DNA from: a virus
DNA: 37,720 bases
Virus record (IMG/VR): IMGVR_UViG_3300028601_000010
Span: 1-37,720 of that record
Reading direction: 5' to 3' (one strand)
Part shown: piece by piece, positions 6,055 through 14,092 of the stretch
Position numbering within the stretch: position 1 is the stretch's first letter
How the letters are laid out: every line of letters starts with the position of its first letter
The notes under the pieces: model-generated
What the model saw: only the letters and a program-made list of their open reading frames with translations
Told to the model about the DNA's origin: nothing
The model's database searches: none
Program-made: the position numbers and the translations under genes

Positions 6055-7701
6055 TTAGCAGAATTTTGAAAGCATCCAATCCTTTGTATCGGGTATTTCT
6101 TTTTTCGGTTTGGCGTCGTCAGGGATGTCCATTCCCAAAACCCGCCAGAATTTACCGTCTCTTTGCGCCTTAATCCGTGTCGGAAGTTTCCACGTGTAAG
6201 CATATTCCTTAAGCGCTTCGTCTATATTGGTGGCGTATCCACCTAAAGCTGTGACAAACTCAAGAGCCTTTTTGTAAGGGAACGATTGAGGCGGATGATC
6301 TAAACATATCCACTGTGAGATAGGGTGGTATGACATATCGGTGAAATAATCCACCCTGAGAGTATCGGTTTTGCCGTTTTTACCCAAGTGGCGGGAAAAC
6401 ATTACGTCTTCCACATCTATCCATTCGGGTTCGCTCTGTATCATTTCCCCATCGTATGCTGTCGGGTCGTGGGGAGCCGGCGCGGGAAACTCATGCCCAC
6501 ATTCCGGGCACGTGCGAACGGAGATAGGAAGGATGGTATGACATTTAGGGCATTCTTTTGCTGGAGCTTCATGGGTTCCGTCTTTCCGGGACCGTGTCTT
6601 TTTAGGAGGTTGGATATTGTCAATAGTCCCGAGTCTGGTAGTGTTCCCGCCGAAATCCAGAACTAAACAGTCCTTCTTGCCTTCACATACCCGCATACCC
6701 CGCCCGACAGCCTGCACGAATTTACTGGGACTTTTGGTCGCCATGAGCAGGACAACCATATCGGTTTGCGGAGCATTGAACCCCTCTGTCAGGATATTGA
6801 CATTAACAATACACCGGAGGGTCCCCTCCTTGAACCGTTTGAGGGCCAACTCTCTCTCCTCTTGAGGACTCTCGGACGTAACGACATGGCTCACAATCCC
6901 ACGCGCTGTTATCTCGTCTGATACATGCTGGGCGTGTTGGATTGATGTGGTGAACACCATCCATGCTTTACGATCATGCCCGTATGTAATCATCTCATCC
7001 ACTGCCCTTCGGGTAAGTATAGTGCTGTCCGCGGCAACCTCCAGATCTTTGGTATTATAATCGCCTGCGGTTGTTCTGACGTCTGAAAGGTCTATTTTTT
7101 CGACTCCTCCTTTTGATATCACCGGGCACAGATACCCGTCATTGATAAGCCGGACGATATCAATCTCATAATATAACGTATCAAACAACCGCCCCTCACC
7201 CTCGTATAACAGCCCGCTATCGAGCCTATACGGCGATGCGGATAATCCAAGTATGACAATGTTAGGGTTAGTGGTTTTCAGGTCTTGAATCAGTCTGGCG
7301 TAGCTCGTTCCGTCCGCGCTATTGACCTTATGCGCCTCGTCTATGATAAGCAAGTCCACTTTTCCGAACAAAAATCCTTTCGTTGTAATGCTTTGGATAC
7401 CCGCAAAAATAGCCCGGTTTTTCGTGTTGCGGGAAGATAACCCGGACGAATATACACCCGTGTCCGCTTCAGGATAATGCCGGAGAAGTTCCTGACGGTC
7501 TTGTTCAATAAGTTCATACCGGTGTGTGCACACGATGATTTTCGTATCCTCCCAGAGGGTCAGGAGGGTCTTGCAGATATCTGCAAGAATGGCGCTCTTG
7601 CCAGAACCGGTCGGGGCTGAGATAATGCCGCTGTATTCTTTGAGTTTGACATGAGCAAAAAACGCATCTATTGCGTCCTGCTGGTAGGGTCTCATATCCA
7701 T
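6055..7701 (-). CDS. SF2 DEAD/DEAH-box DNA helicase with a C-terminal zinc ribbon
   Basis: Motif I APTGSGKS, motif II IIDEAH, and CPKCH..CPECGH. Confidence 0.9.
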   Translation of the reverse strand: MDMRPYQQDAIDAFFAHVKLKEYSGIISAPTGSGKSAILADICKTLLTLWEDTKIIVCTHRYELIEQDRQELLRHYPEADTGVYSSGLSSRNTKNRAIFAGIQSITTKGFLFGKVDLLIIDEAHKVNSADGTSYARLIQDLKTTNPNIVILGLSASPYRLDSGLLYEGEGRLFDTLYYEIDIVRLINDGYLCPVISKGGVEKIDLSDVRTTAGDYNTKDLEVAADSTILTRRAVDEMITYGHDRKAWMVFTTSIQHAQHVSDEITARGIVSHVVTSESPQEERELALKRFKEGTLRCIVNVNILTEGFNAPQTDMVVLLMATKSPSKFVQAVGRGMRVCEGKKDCLVLDFGGNTTRLGTIDNIQPPKKTRSRKDGTHEAPAKECPKCHTILPISVRTCPECGHEFPAPAPHDPTAYDGEMIQSEPEWIDVEDVMFSRHLGKNGKTDTLRVDYFTDMSYHPISQWICLDHPPQSFPYKKALEFVTALGGYATNIDEALKEYAYTWKLPTRIKAQRDGKFWRVLGMDIPDDAKPKKEIPDTKDWMLSKFC

Positions 7702-7901
7702 TTGTCACACCACTCAATATCTACAAGATATATTACCGTGCCTTTTGGGGTCAACATGGCTGTCATTCCGCCATCTCCATAATATCTAATATGCTTATCC
7801 CCGGTATGTTTGTCCAGATAGTTACTCCGCAGACACCCGTTAGGATGTTTATACTCGCATCCGCGACATTTTGATTCCAGTCTTGCTATTAAGTTACACA
7901 T
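7692..7901 (-). CDS. Small Cys-rich protein (69 aa)
   Basis: Overlaps both neighbours by 8-10 nt, which suggests translational coupling. Contains CRGC..C. Confidence 0.5.
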   Translation of the reverse strand: MCNLIARLESKCRGCEYKHPNGCLRSNYLDKHTGDKHIRYYGDGGMTAMLTPKGTVIYLVDIEWCDKWI

Positions 7902-8190
7902 AATTTACCTCTAATTGTTCCCTTGATACAATCAAATCATAATCCAAATTGTTGGCTTTGTGTGCGTTACATCGATGACACAGCGCACAAACATTATCCC
8001 TCGTATCTTTTCCGCCTTTTGATAACGGTATGACGTGATCGCGGGTCGGTCGCTCATCCTCCGTGAACTCTTTCCCACATTTCAGGCACCTATTATTCTG
8101 GGCTTGTATGATACGTTCGAATGCTTCGGTTGTTAATCTATCTGTTCGTTTTGTGTTGCGTATAGCGTTTTCTCTTCTTTTCCTTTTCAT
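7894..8190 (-). CDS. HNH endonuclease
   Basis: The motifs CLKCGKEF..RDHVIPLSKGG..DNVCALCHRCNAHK. Confidence 0.9.
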   Translation of the reverse strand: MKRKRRENAIRNTKRTDRLTTEAFERIIQAQNNRCLKCGKEFTEDERPTRDHVIPLSKGGKDTRDNVCALCHRCNAHKANNLDYDLIVSREQLEVNYV

Positions 8191-8214
8191 CAGATCACCT
8201 CTAAAAAATTGGTG

Positions 8215-9201
8215 TTAGGGGTTTAATTTTTCATCGAGATACTTTTTAAGCACGTGGCTATATCCATCAGACCCATTAGTGTATGTCTCGTCTCCTATCA
8301 TGTATGATATTGACGGGTATTTATCATCCATACATACCGCGGTCACTGGATACGGGATCAAATCCGGGATATACAGATGGTCTGCACAAGATATACAATC
8401 GTAGTCAGTATATCCCATACCACAATCAAACATACCGGTATTAGGGTTCGGGGTGGCATGCGCACATGTTCGGCATGATACATTAGGGATACATTTGCCG
8501 TGACAGATGTCCTTAAAATCACAGTATCGGCACTGATAATAATCCGGGTTGTCGTTCAGCCGGGCTGGCGGCACGGTCGCAGTCGTAACAATGTGGGCTT
8601 TTTCCCGCAACCGGTCAGTATATGCCCGGTCAAACTTGACCCGTTCGCCGTAGATGTCGTCTGTGTCTTTCTGGACGGCGAAATAGTATGCACGATCTAA
8701 CCCGGACCACAGCATATACAACTGCATTTGTGCGTAATGCTGGGGTTTGGATTTCAGGACGCCTGCGGTTTGCATCGCCTTGAAGTTCGCGGTGTTCATG
8801 GTTTTAACTTCGACGACGTGTTTCGTTTTCGGAGCTTCGACAAACCCAACCCCTATCCCATCTACACTCCCCGACAGGAACTTATTATCTGCATCTACAA
8901 AGTGGAATTGTCTGCCGTTTTTGTCCCGGGTCTGGATGTCGATACCGATATCCGCGAGGTTCTTTAAGAGTCGCTCCTCTTCCCGGTTGCCGGTCTCAAA
9001 CAGCCGAAGCATACGACCGTCGAACGAGTTCTTAGACTCTGCGCACCACCGGAACTGATACCAAAGATATCTTAAACATGGGTGTCCTATCTGGGATGCG
9101 CCAAGGTGTTTCCGGGGTTGCATGACGGCCGCTGATTTAACATAATGCTCGTAAATCTGTTTTACGGTCGGGGTTTCCGTTTCGATAAAAATGTCTACCA
9201 T
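8215..9201 (-). CDS. Cas4/RecB-like PD-(D/E)XK exonuclease with an extra Cys-rich C-terminal extension
   Basis: N-terminal Cys (GHPCLRY), D..EVK core (SVDGIG..VVEVKT), and the CRYCDFKDIC cluster. Further CxxC pairs follow downstream. Confidence 0.8.
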   Translation of the reverse strand: MVDIFIETETPTVKQIYEHYVKSAAVMQPRKHLGASQIGHPCLRYLWYQFRWCAESKNSFDGRMLRLFETGNREEERLLKNLADIGIDIQTRDKNGRQFHFVDADNKFLSGSVDGIGVGFVEAPKTKHVVEVKTMNTANFKAMQTAGVLKSKPQHYAQMQLYMLWSGLDRAYYFAVQKDTDDIYGERVKFDRAYTDRLREKAHIVTTATVPPARLNDNPDYYQCRYCDFKDICHGKCIPNVSCRTCAHATPNPNTGMFDCGMGYTDYDCISCADHLYIPDLIPYPVTAVCMDDKYPSISYMIGDETYTNGSDGYSHVLKKYLDEKLNP

Positions 9202-9225
9202 TTTTACATACCTAAAAATAGGGGG

Positions 9226-9687
9226 TTAGTTCCCGAAGGGAAGTCCGGATTTCAGGTCGTCTACTGGCAGAGTGTGCCCGCCGTTGATACTGTGATGTTT
9301 CCTAACCTCATTGTTAGCGGAATAGATGCCGACGGCTGGCTTAATCACAACGTCAATACACATGATTTTGTTGTGCAGTTCCTCGGTTCGTTTGATTCTG
9401 AGCACACCGCACGCTTCACAGATTTCTGCAAGCCTGATGTTTGCGATCTTCATGGTTTTTACATCGTTCTCTGATGTGGTGGCCCGCCACAGGTTGAGCG
9501 TTTCAAAAACCACGCGGTTTTTGTATTCCCCGTCCACAATGTTCCACCGGATACTAAGATACCTGTTTCCGGGTGTTTTTGCGTCTTTGATTTCAGTGGA
9601 TGCGATCAGAGCTTTGTAAGTTCCTGCGGGGATGGGGTCAAATGACGAGTCTTTTTCTACAGTTGTTGAGTCAAAATTAAATTCCAT
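9226..9687 (-). CDS. DUF669-type phage ssDNA-binding protein
   Basis: Start at Met37 of ORF 9226..9795, with an AGGAGA SD. The sequence MEFNFD..PIPAGTYKA..GEYKNRVVFETLNL and an acidic/PF tail fit the family, as does its position next to Sak4. Confidence 0.75.
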   Translation of the reverse strand: MEFNFDSTTVEKDSSFDPIPAGTYKALIASTEIKDAKTPGNRYLSIRWNIVDGEYKNRVVFETLNLWRATTSENDVKTMKIANIRLAEICEACGVLRIKRTEELHNKIMCIDVVIKPAVGIYSANNEVRKHHSINGGHTLPVDDLKSGLPFGN

Positions 9688-9691
9688 TGTT

Positions 9692-10456
9692 TCAGTTCTC
9701 CTTGTTTGTCTTTTTCGTGTTCGCAGTCTGTTCGGTTGGATACAGGTATTTGGCAAATTCTGACCATACCATAGGGATCTCATCCGGCATTTCATACCGG
9801 GTTTTTGCCGTGTATGCCGGGTTGCTGTGTGTCAGTATCACATGCTCGCCCGCCGTAGTGGCGAGGTTGCGTTTACCGTCGTTTGTAGTATAGGTTTTTA
9901 CGAGGGCATAACCGACAACATCACACCATTCAACAACTCTCAGGGATTCAGTTTTGTAGAGATGGATGCTCTGTTTGTCGTATTCCGGGAGTAATGGGTC
10001 AGCGACCTTGACAACAGCCGCATGGGCGATAAGGATAATTGTCATGCCCTTCTCTCGGAGAAGGTCAAGGCACTTGAAAAAGTTCGCCCATACTGCTGTC
10101 CGTGCCTGATATCCTGCACCGTATGCTCCTTTACTGATATCGGTGTATCGGTTCTCAACGCATACCTTGTGGGTTATCATTTCCTCTATGACATCCAGCG
10201 AATCGACAACGACGGTTTTAAAATCGTGGTCTTGGGTGTAAAGTGCTTCAAGGACGTCCATACATTCCGCGTATGTTTTCACGAGGACGCTTGGGACGGA
10301 CGATAATGCCGGTGGGATACCATCTTCCAGATTAAGCACAAGTGGTTTATGAGACTTGCACGCAAAAGTGGTTTTCCCTACCCCCTCCCCACCATAGATA
10401 CAAATCCGTGGAGGTTTAGCGAGGTTAGTTTTTAGTTCAGCCAAATTATAAGCCAT
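9692..10456 (-). CDS. Sak4-like core-RecA ATPase (AAA_24 family recombinase)
   Basis: Start at Met14 (MAYNLAELK), downstream of the promoter and SD. Walker A is IYGGEGVGKTT. Confidence 0.8.
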   Translation of the reverse strand: MAYNLAELKTNLAKPPRICIYGGEGVGKTTFACKSHKPLVLNLEDGIPPALSSVPSVLVKTYAECMDVLEALYTQDHDFKTVVVDSLDVIEEMITHKVCVENRYTDISKGAYGAGYQARTAVWANFFKCLDLLREKGMTIILIAHAAVVKVADPLLPEYDKQSIHLYKTESLRVVEWCDVVGYALVKTYTTNDGKRNLATTAGEHVILTHSNPAYTAKTRYEMPDEIPMVWSEFAKYLYPTEQTANTKKTNKEN

Positions 10457-10524
10457 GTTCGTTTCCTTTTTGTTTTGTTTAGTTTGTAACAACATTTCTG
10501 CTGTTACTAGTATATTGGGCTCGT

Positions 10525-10538
10525 AAGTATATATACTT
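10525..10538 (-). promoter_or_regulatory. Promoter palindrome for the Sak4 to helicase operon
   Basis: AAATAGATAAGTATATATACTT read on the minus strand, upstream of the 5'UTR and the AGGAAA SD of the ATG at 10456. Confidence 0.7.
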
Positions 10539-10584
10539 ATCTATTTGTAATGAGGTGTAAAAAAAGGGGTTGTTAGGACGTGTA

Positions 10585-10803
10585 TTACCACGCATTGAGG
10601 TCAATAATAAACAACACGAAGTCGTCATATTCAGATTCGCTAAGGTTCTTTTTAGCCATCTTAATAATATTGCTAAGATGTCTCGCGTCGTCTTCTGACG
10701 CATATCCTACTGTATTAAGATGCCACATACTCTCGTTGTAGACAGATTCATATTTCCGAATTAATGTGTTGTATGATTTAGAATGTTTTGTTTCAGTTGT
10801 CAT
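10585..10803 (-). CDS. Hypothetical early protein (72 aa)
   Basis: Has its own promoter, a conserved 5'UTR hairpin and a GGAGAAAC SD. Confidence 0.65.
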   Translation of the reverse strand: MTTETKHSKSYNTLIRKYESVYNESMWHLNTVGYASEDDARHLSNIIKMAKKNLSESEYDDFVLFIIDLNAW

Positions 10804-10849
10804 TTTAGTTTCTCCTTGTAGTCTTGCTACAATAATATATTATACTCCA

Positions 10850-10863
10850 AAGTATATATACTT
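10850..10863 (-). promoter_or_regulatory. Promoter palindrome for 10585..10803
   Basis: Same 22-nt core, followed by a conserved 5'UTR with the TGTAG/CTACA hairpin and a GGAGAAACTAAA-ATG. Confidence 0.7.
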
Positions 10864-10885
10864 ATCTATTTGTAATGCAACAAAT

Positions 10886-10899
10886 AAGTATATATACTT
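10886..10899 (+). promoter_or_regulatory. Promoter palindrome for leaderless 10919..11149
   Basis: Exactly 19 nt to the ATG at 10919. It sits back to back with the 10850 promoter. Confidence 0.7.
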
Positions 10900-10918
10900 A
10901 TACTTACAATTAATACAT

Positions 10919-11149
10919 ATGTCAACCGAAGTCATTTGCCCATACTGCGGGCATGTATGGATACGTAAAACCAATACGAAAAGCAGAGCATGCCCCAAAT
11001 GCCACCGAACGGCTGTCCCGAGAACACCGCGGGAGATGTTGACGTGTAACCGGTGCGGGAATGTTTGGGAACCGAGAGCATCGGGTAAGCTCCCCGGCAC
11101 GTGCCCCCAGTGTAAATCGCCATACTGGAACAAGGAGCGGGTGCGGTGA
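10919..11149 (+). CDS. Double zinc-ribbon protein (76 aa), leaderless
   Basis: CPYC..CPKC and CNRC..CPQC. The ATG lies 19 nt after the promoter palindrome. The longer ORF 10766..11149 would run through two promoters. Confidence 0.7.
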   Translation: MSTEVICPYCGHVWIRKTNTKSRACPKCHRTAVPRTPREMLTCNRCGNVWEPRASGKLPGTCPQCKSPYWNKERVR

Positions 11150-11337
11150 CAGCCGCCCAATCCGAAGAATCACAAACGAACATGAAAAGAGCGTATGCAT
11201 GTTATACATGCGCATACGCTATATTACCGGATGAATATTGGTGGAACCCGGCGCACATGGTCACATGCACAAAGCCCCGGACACCAACGATCATTCCCGC
11301 TAAGAAAAAATGCCAGAAATATACTACCATTCCATAA
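11146..11337 (+). CDS. Hypothetical protein (GTG start overlapping the upstream stop); weak call
   Basis: GTGA overlap with 11149. No clear SD. An alternative start is the ATG at 11182. Confidence 0.35.
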   Translation: MTAAQSEESQTNMKRAYACYTCAYAILPDEYWWNPAHMVTCTKPRTPTIIPAKKKCQKYTTIP

Positions 11338-11384
11338 ATCGTATGTTAGTTTATAGATTTTGAAATAATAAAAAAAAGAAAAAA

Positions 11385-11672
11385 TTAATCGGTGTAAACG
11401 GTTATTGGTCTGCCGTTTACAATGTTACCGATATCATCGGTTTCATACCATTCAGGGTTGGTTCCGTTCTGGTAGGTTTCAACCTCATTGATCCAGTAGT
11501 TTTTCAGGTCGTCGTAATCAGCTTGACTGCATACAATGTTCCCGTCCTCGTCTCTGCCGGGGTGGTCGTGTGGAAATCCGACTTCCATATCCCAGAAACA
11601 ATCGCATCCGGTGTAGTCGTCTATAATTCTGATTTCTTTTACTTCTCCCGTTTCAATGATTTTAAAGTTCAT
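11385..11672 (-). CDS. Acidic early protein (95 aa), unknown function
   Basis: Has a promoter, a 5'UTR hairpin and an SD. The protein is rich in D/E/W/Y. Confidence 0.7.
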   Translation of the reverse strand: MNFKIIETGEVKEIRIIDDYTGCDCFWDMEVGFPHDHPGRDEDGNIVCSQADYDDLKNYWINEVETYQNGTNPEWYETDDIGNIVNGRPITVYTD

Positions 11673-11717
11673 TTTAGTTTCTCCTGTAGTCTTACTACAA
11701 TAATCTATTAGACTATA

Positions 11718-11731
11718 AAGTATATATACTT
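11718..11731 (-). promoter_or_regulatory. Promoter palindrome for 11385..11672
   Basis: Forms the left arm of the 11673..11839 palindrome. Confidence 0.7.
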
Positions 11732-11775
11732 ATCTATTTAATCACGATAGATAAGTTCAGTAATATTAAATAGAT

Positions 11776-11789
11776 AAGTATATATACTT
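11776..11789 (+). promoter_or_regulatory. Promoter palindrome for the plus-strand operon starting at 11840
   Basis: Forms the right arm of the 11673..11839 palindrome. Confidence 0.7.
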
Positions 11790-11839
11790 TCGAGTCTAAT
11801 TAATTATTGTAGTAAGATAAACTACAGGAGAAACAAAAA

Positions 11840-12046
11840 ATGAACTTCAGACAAGAATCACCAGCAAACAAATACCTTGAGAGCATCCACACAGCACAGT
11901 CCGAATTAGCAAGGCGCCACATCTCCAGAGATGAATTTATAGACACCCTCGGACAGATCTACCGGGTGGCCATAATGGATTCAGACATCTCAGAAGTTGA
12001 GTTCGGATTTATCAGAGCAATTTACGAAGTCGCAAGGGTTGAGTAA
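11840..12046 (+). CDS. Hypothetical early protein (68 aa)
   Basis: Has a promoter, a 5'UTR hairpin and an SD. It is the first gene of the plus arm. Confidence 0.7.
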   Translation: MNFRQESPANKYLESIHTAQSELARRHISRDEFIDTLGQIYRVAIMDSDISEVEFGFIRAIYEVARVE

Positions 12047-12048
12047 TA

Positions 12049-12885
12049 ATGGCAACAAAACTTACCACAAACGATAAGATTGTAGACGAACTGATAAAAT
12101 CCATCGAGTCTACTGAAACACTCCCGTGGCATGCGGGGTGGGTGTCAGGAGGACTCCCAATCAATTTTACGACTGGGAGACGTTATAACGGCATCAACAT
12201 ACTTATGCTGTGGTCTCGTGGATTCACCCACTCTAAGTTTGCCACATACAAACAAATCAAAAACAAGGGAGGGCAAGTGAAGAAGGGGGAAAAGGGAACG
12301 CCTGTTATCTATTATAACATCTCTGAGAGGATTACAACAGATCCAAAAACAGGGTTGGACAAGATAACTCATATCCCGTTCGCTAAACTTTCATATGCGT
12401 TTAACATCTCTCAGACCGAGGGAATCATGGAAGATGCGGTTGAAACAGGCGAACATGCAACAGCCGAACAGTTCATTAGTTCAATCCCGGCAACTATCAT
12501 TCATGGGTACGATCCTTGTTATGTTCCAAAGAGCGATGAGATACGGGTACCACTGAGAAGCGACGTGGAAACAGAAGAGAGATATTACAGTGTTCTGTTT
12601 CACGAGCTTATACACTGGACCGGAGCGGAAGGGCGTATGGACAGGGATTTGACTCTCCACCACGAAAACAAAGACAAATACTCGTTCGAAGAACTCGTGG
12701 CAGAAATCGGAAGTGCGTTTTTACTGGCCGAGTTTGGAATGAAACCGTGTGAAGAGCAGAACGCGGCATATGTCAAAGGCTGGGCAGAAAGAATAAACGC
12801 TGATAAAAACATGATTATCAAAGCCGCGTCCCAAGCATCCAAAGCAGTTGAGTATTTACTCAGCTTATCGAACACCTCTTTTTAA
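12049..12885 (+). CDS. ardC: ArdC-like antirestriction protein (ssDNA-binding N-terminal domain + zincin metalloprotease domain)
   Basis: The motifs LPWHAGW..GLPINFTTGRRYNGINILML..KGGQVKKGEKGTPVIYY, then HELIHWTG and EELVAEIGSAFL. Confidence 0.9.
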   Translation: MATKLTTNDKIVDELIKSIESTETLPWHAGWVSGGLPINFTTGRRYNGINILMLWSRGFTHSKFATYKQIKNKGGQVKKGEKGTPVIYYNISERITTDPKTGLDKITHIPFAKLSYAFNISQTEGIMEDAVETGEHATAEQFISSIPATIIHGYDPCYVPKSDEIRVPLRSDVETEERYYSVLFHELIHWTGAEGRMDRDLTLHHENKDKYSFEELVAEIGSAFLLAEFGMKPCEEQNAAYVKGWAERINADKNMIIKAASQASKAVEYLLSLSNTSF

Positions 12886-12936
12886 TATATCTTATAATCA
12901 ATAGATTAATGTATATATAAAATAACATAATATTAT

Positions 12937-13596
12937 ATGTTTTCTTCTAAAACAGTTAAACGTTTTCTGCCGGAAAAATATCTGATGATATTATCGGCAT
13001 TTTTTGTAGTATCGTTAGTCATTAGTAATGTTATCGCGGCAAAGGTTGTTCAGATCGGTTGGTTTGAAATCCCGGCCGCAGTATTGGCTTATCCTATTAC
13101 TTTTTTAATGACAGATATTATAAGTGAAATCTTCGGAAAACATTACGCTAAAACCCTTGTTAAGATCGGGTTTGCTGTACAGTTGTTCTCACTTGTCCTT
13201 ATCTATCTCGCAATCTATCTCCCACCTACTATATACATGGTAGAGTTTGATAGCGTATTCCAAGCTACATTAGGTTCCTCTGCCCGGTTTGTAATTGCAT
13301 CATTAATTGCGTATTTAGTTGCACAAACCATAGACGTACATATGTTCCATGCTCTTAAGGCAAGGTTCACGCCCAAATGGATCAGGAATAATGGTAGTAC
13401 TATGATAAGCCAATTGGCAGATACTTCTATATTTATTACTATTGCATTTATCGGAGTAGTGCCAAACATCGGGATTATGATTGTATCTCAGTATGTAGTG
13501 AAATTCTGTTTTGCCGCTCTGGATACTCCTATATTCTACTTCATCACTCGAAGAATGGAGAGAAAACTCAAAGAGGTTAATTATGAAAATAGTTGA
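12937..13596 (+). CDS. yhhQ: YhhQ/DUF165 queuosine-precursor (preQ0/preQ1) transporter
   Basis: Multi-pass hydrophobic protein with the signature VISNVIAAKV..AYPITFLMTDIISEIFGK. Confidence 0.85.
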   Translation: MFSSKTVKRFLPEKYLMILSAFFVVSLVISNVIAAKVVQIGWFEIPAAVLAYPITFLMTDIISEIFGKHYAKTLVKIGFAVQLFSLVLIYLAIYLPPTIYMVEFDSVFQATLGSSARFVIASLIAYLVAQTIDVHMFHALKARFTPKWIRNNGSTMISQLADTSIFITIAFIGVVPNIGIMIVSQYVVKFCFAALDTPIFYFITRRMERKLKEVNYENS

Positions 13597-14092
13597 TATT
13601 CCAATTGAAAAACTTAATTTTTACGAAAAGAATCCTAGAAAAAACGATGAATCAGTTTCATTCATCGCAAATTCTATTTCCCGATTCGGGTTTAAAGTGC
13701 CTATTTCAGTAGATAAGAACAATATAATTATCTGCGGTCATACTAGAGTAAAGGCGGCAATTGAACTTGGATTAAAAACCGTTCCTTGTGTTATTGAATC
13801 GGAGATGACAGATAAGGAAATAAAGGCATTTAGATTAATCGAAAACAAGTCCCACGAATTATCTTTCTGGGATAAATCACTCTTAGAGAGTGAGATGGAT
13901 GACCTTATGGGAGAGTTTGAGTTTGAAGATTTTGGGTTCCTTGATATTGGTGAAACTTTAACTGATAAAGATATAGATATGTTCTTTAAAGAGAATGCAG
14001 TACCCAAACCAGACCAAGTATCAGATGAACATATCGAAGAGAAACCAACTACTATTATCTGCCCCCATTGTGGAGGAGTTGTTGATATTTGA
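13583..14092 (+). CDS. ParB-like nuclease-domain protein (candidate DpdB analogue) with a C-terminal CxxC
   Basis: Start at the ATG at 13583 with an AAGAGG SD. Motifs are NPRKND and ICGHTRVKAAIELGLKTVP. It overlaps both neighbours. Confidence 0.8.
   Translation: MKIVDIPIEKLNFYEKNPRKNDESVSFIANSISRFGFKVPISVDKNNIIICGHTRVKAAIELGLKTVPCVIESEMTDKEIKAFRLIENKSHELSFWDKSLLESEMDDLMGEFEFEDFGFLDIGETLTDKDIDMFFKENAVPKPDQVSDEHIEEKPTTIICPHCGGVVDI

Larger units (their letters stand above)
11673..11839. repeat. ~167-bp near-perfect palindrome made of two divergent promoter + 5'UTR modules. This is the main strand-switch point of the genome.
   Basis: The reverse complement of 11765..11839 aligns with 11673..11745 with only a few mismatches or indels. 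The centre carries an extra GATAGATAAG copy. Confidence 0.9.

Noticed and set aside
5030-7701. Methyltransferase plus SF2 helicase as a Type III-like restriction-modification system
   Set aside because: The two genes have separate promoters and a terminator between them. The helicase has no recognisable nuclease domain, only a zinc ribbon. It also belongs to a typical Sak4/DUF669/Cas4-like/HNH recombination-replication block.
10766-11149. Long 127-aa version of the double zinc-ribbon ORF; likewise the long versions 9226..9795, 9692..10495, 1249..1743, 1671..1970, 13511..14092, 21181.., 21290.., 21582.. and 33285..33866
   Set aside because: The N-terminal extensions run through promoters, SDs or the upstream gene. 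Internal ATGs give ATGA/TAATG coupling or proper SD spacing, and only from those points do the recognisable protein sequences begin.
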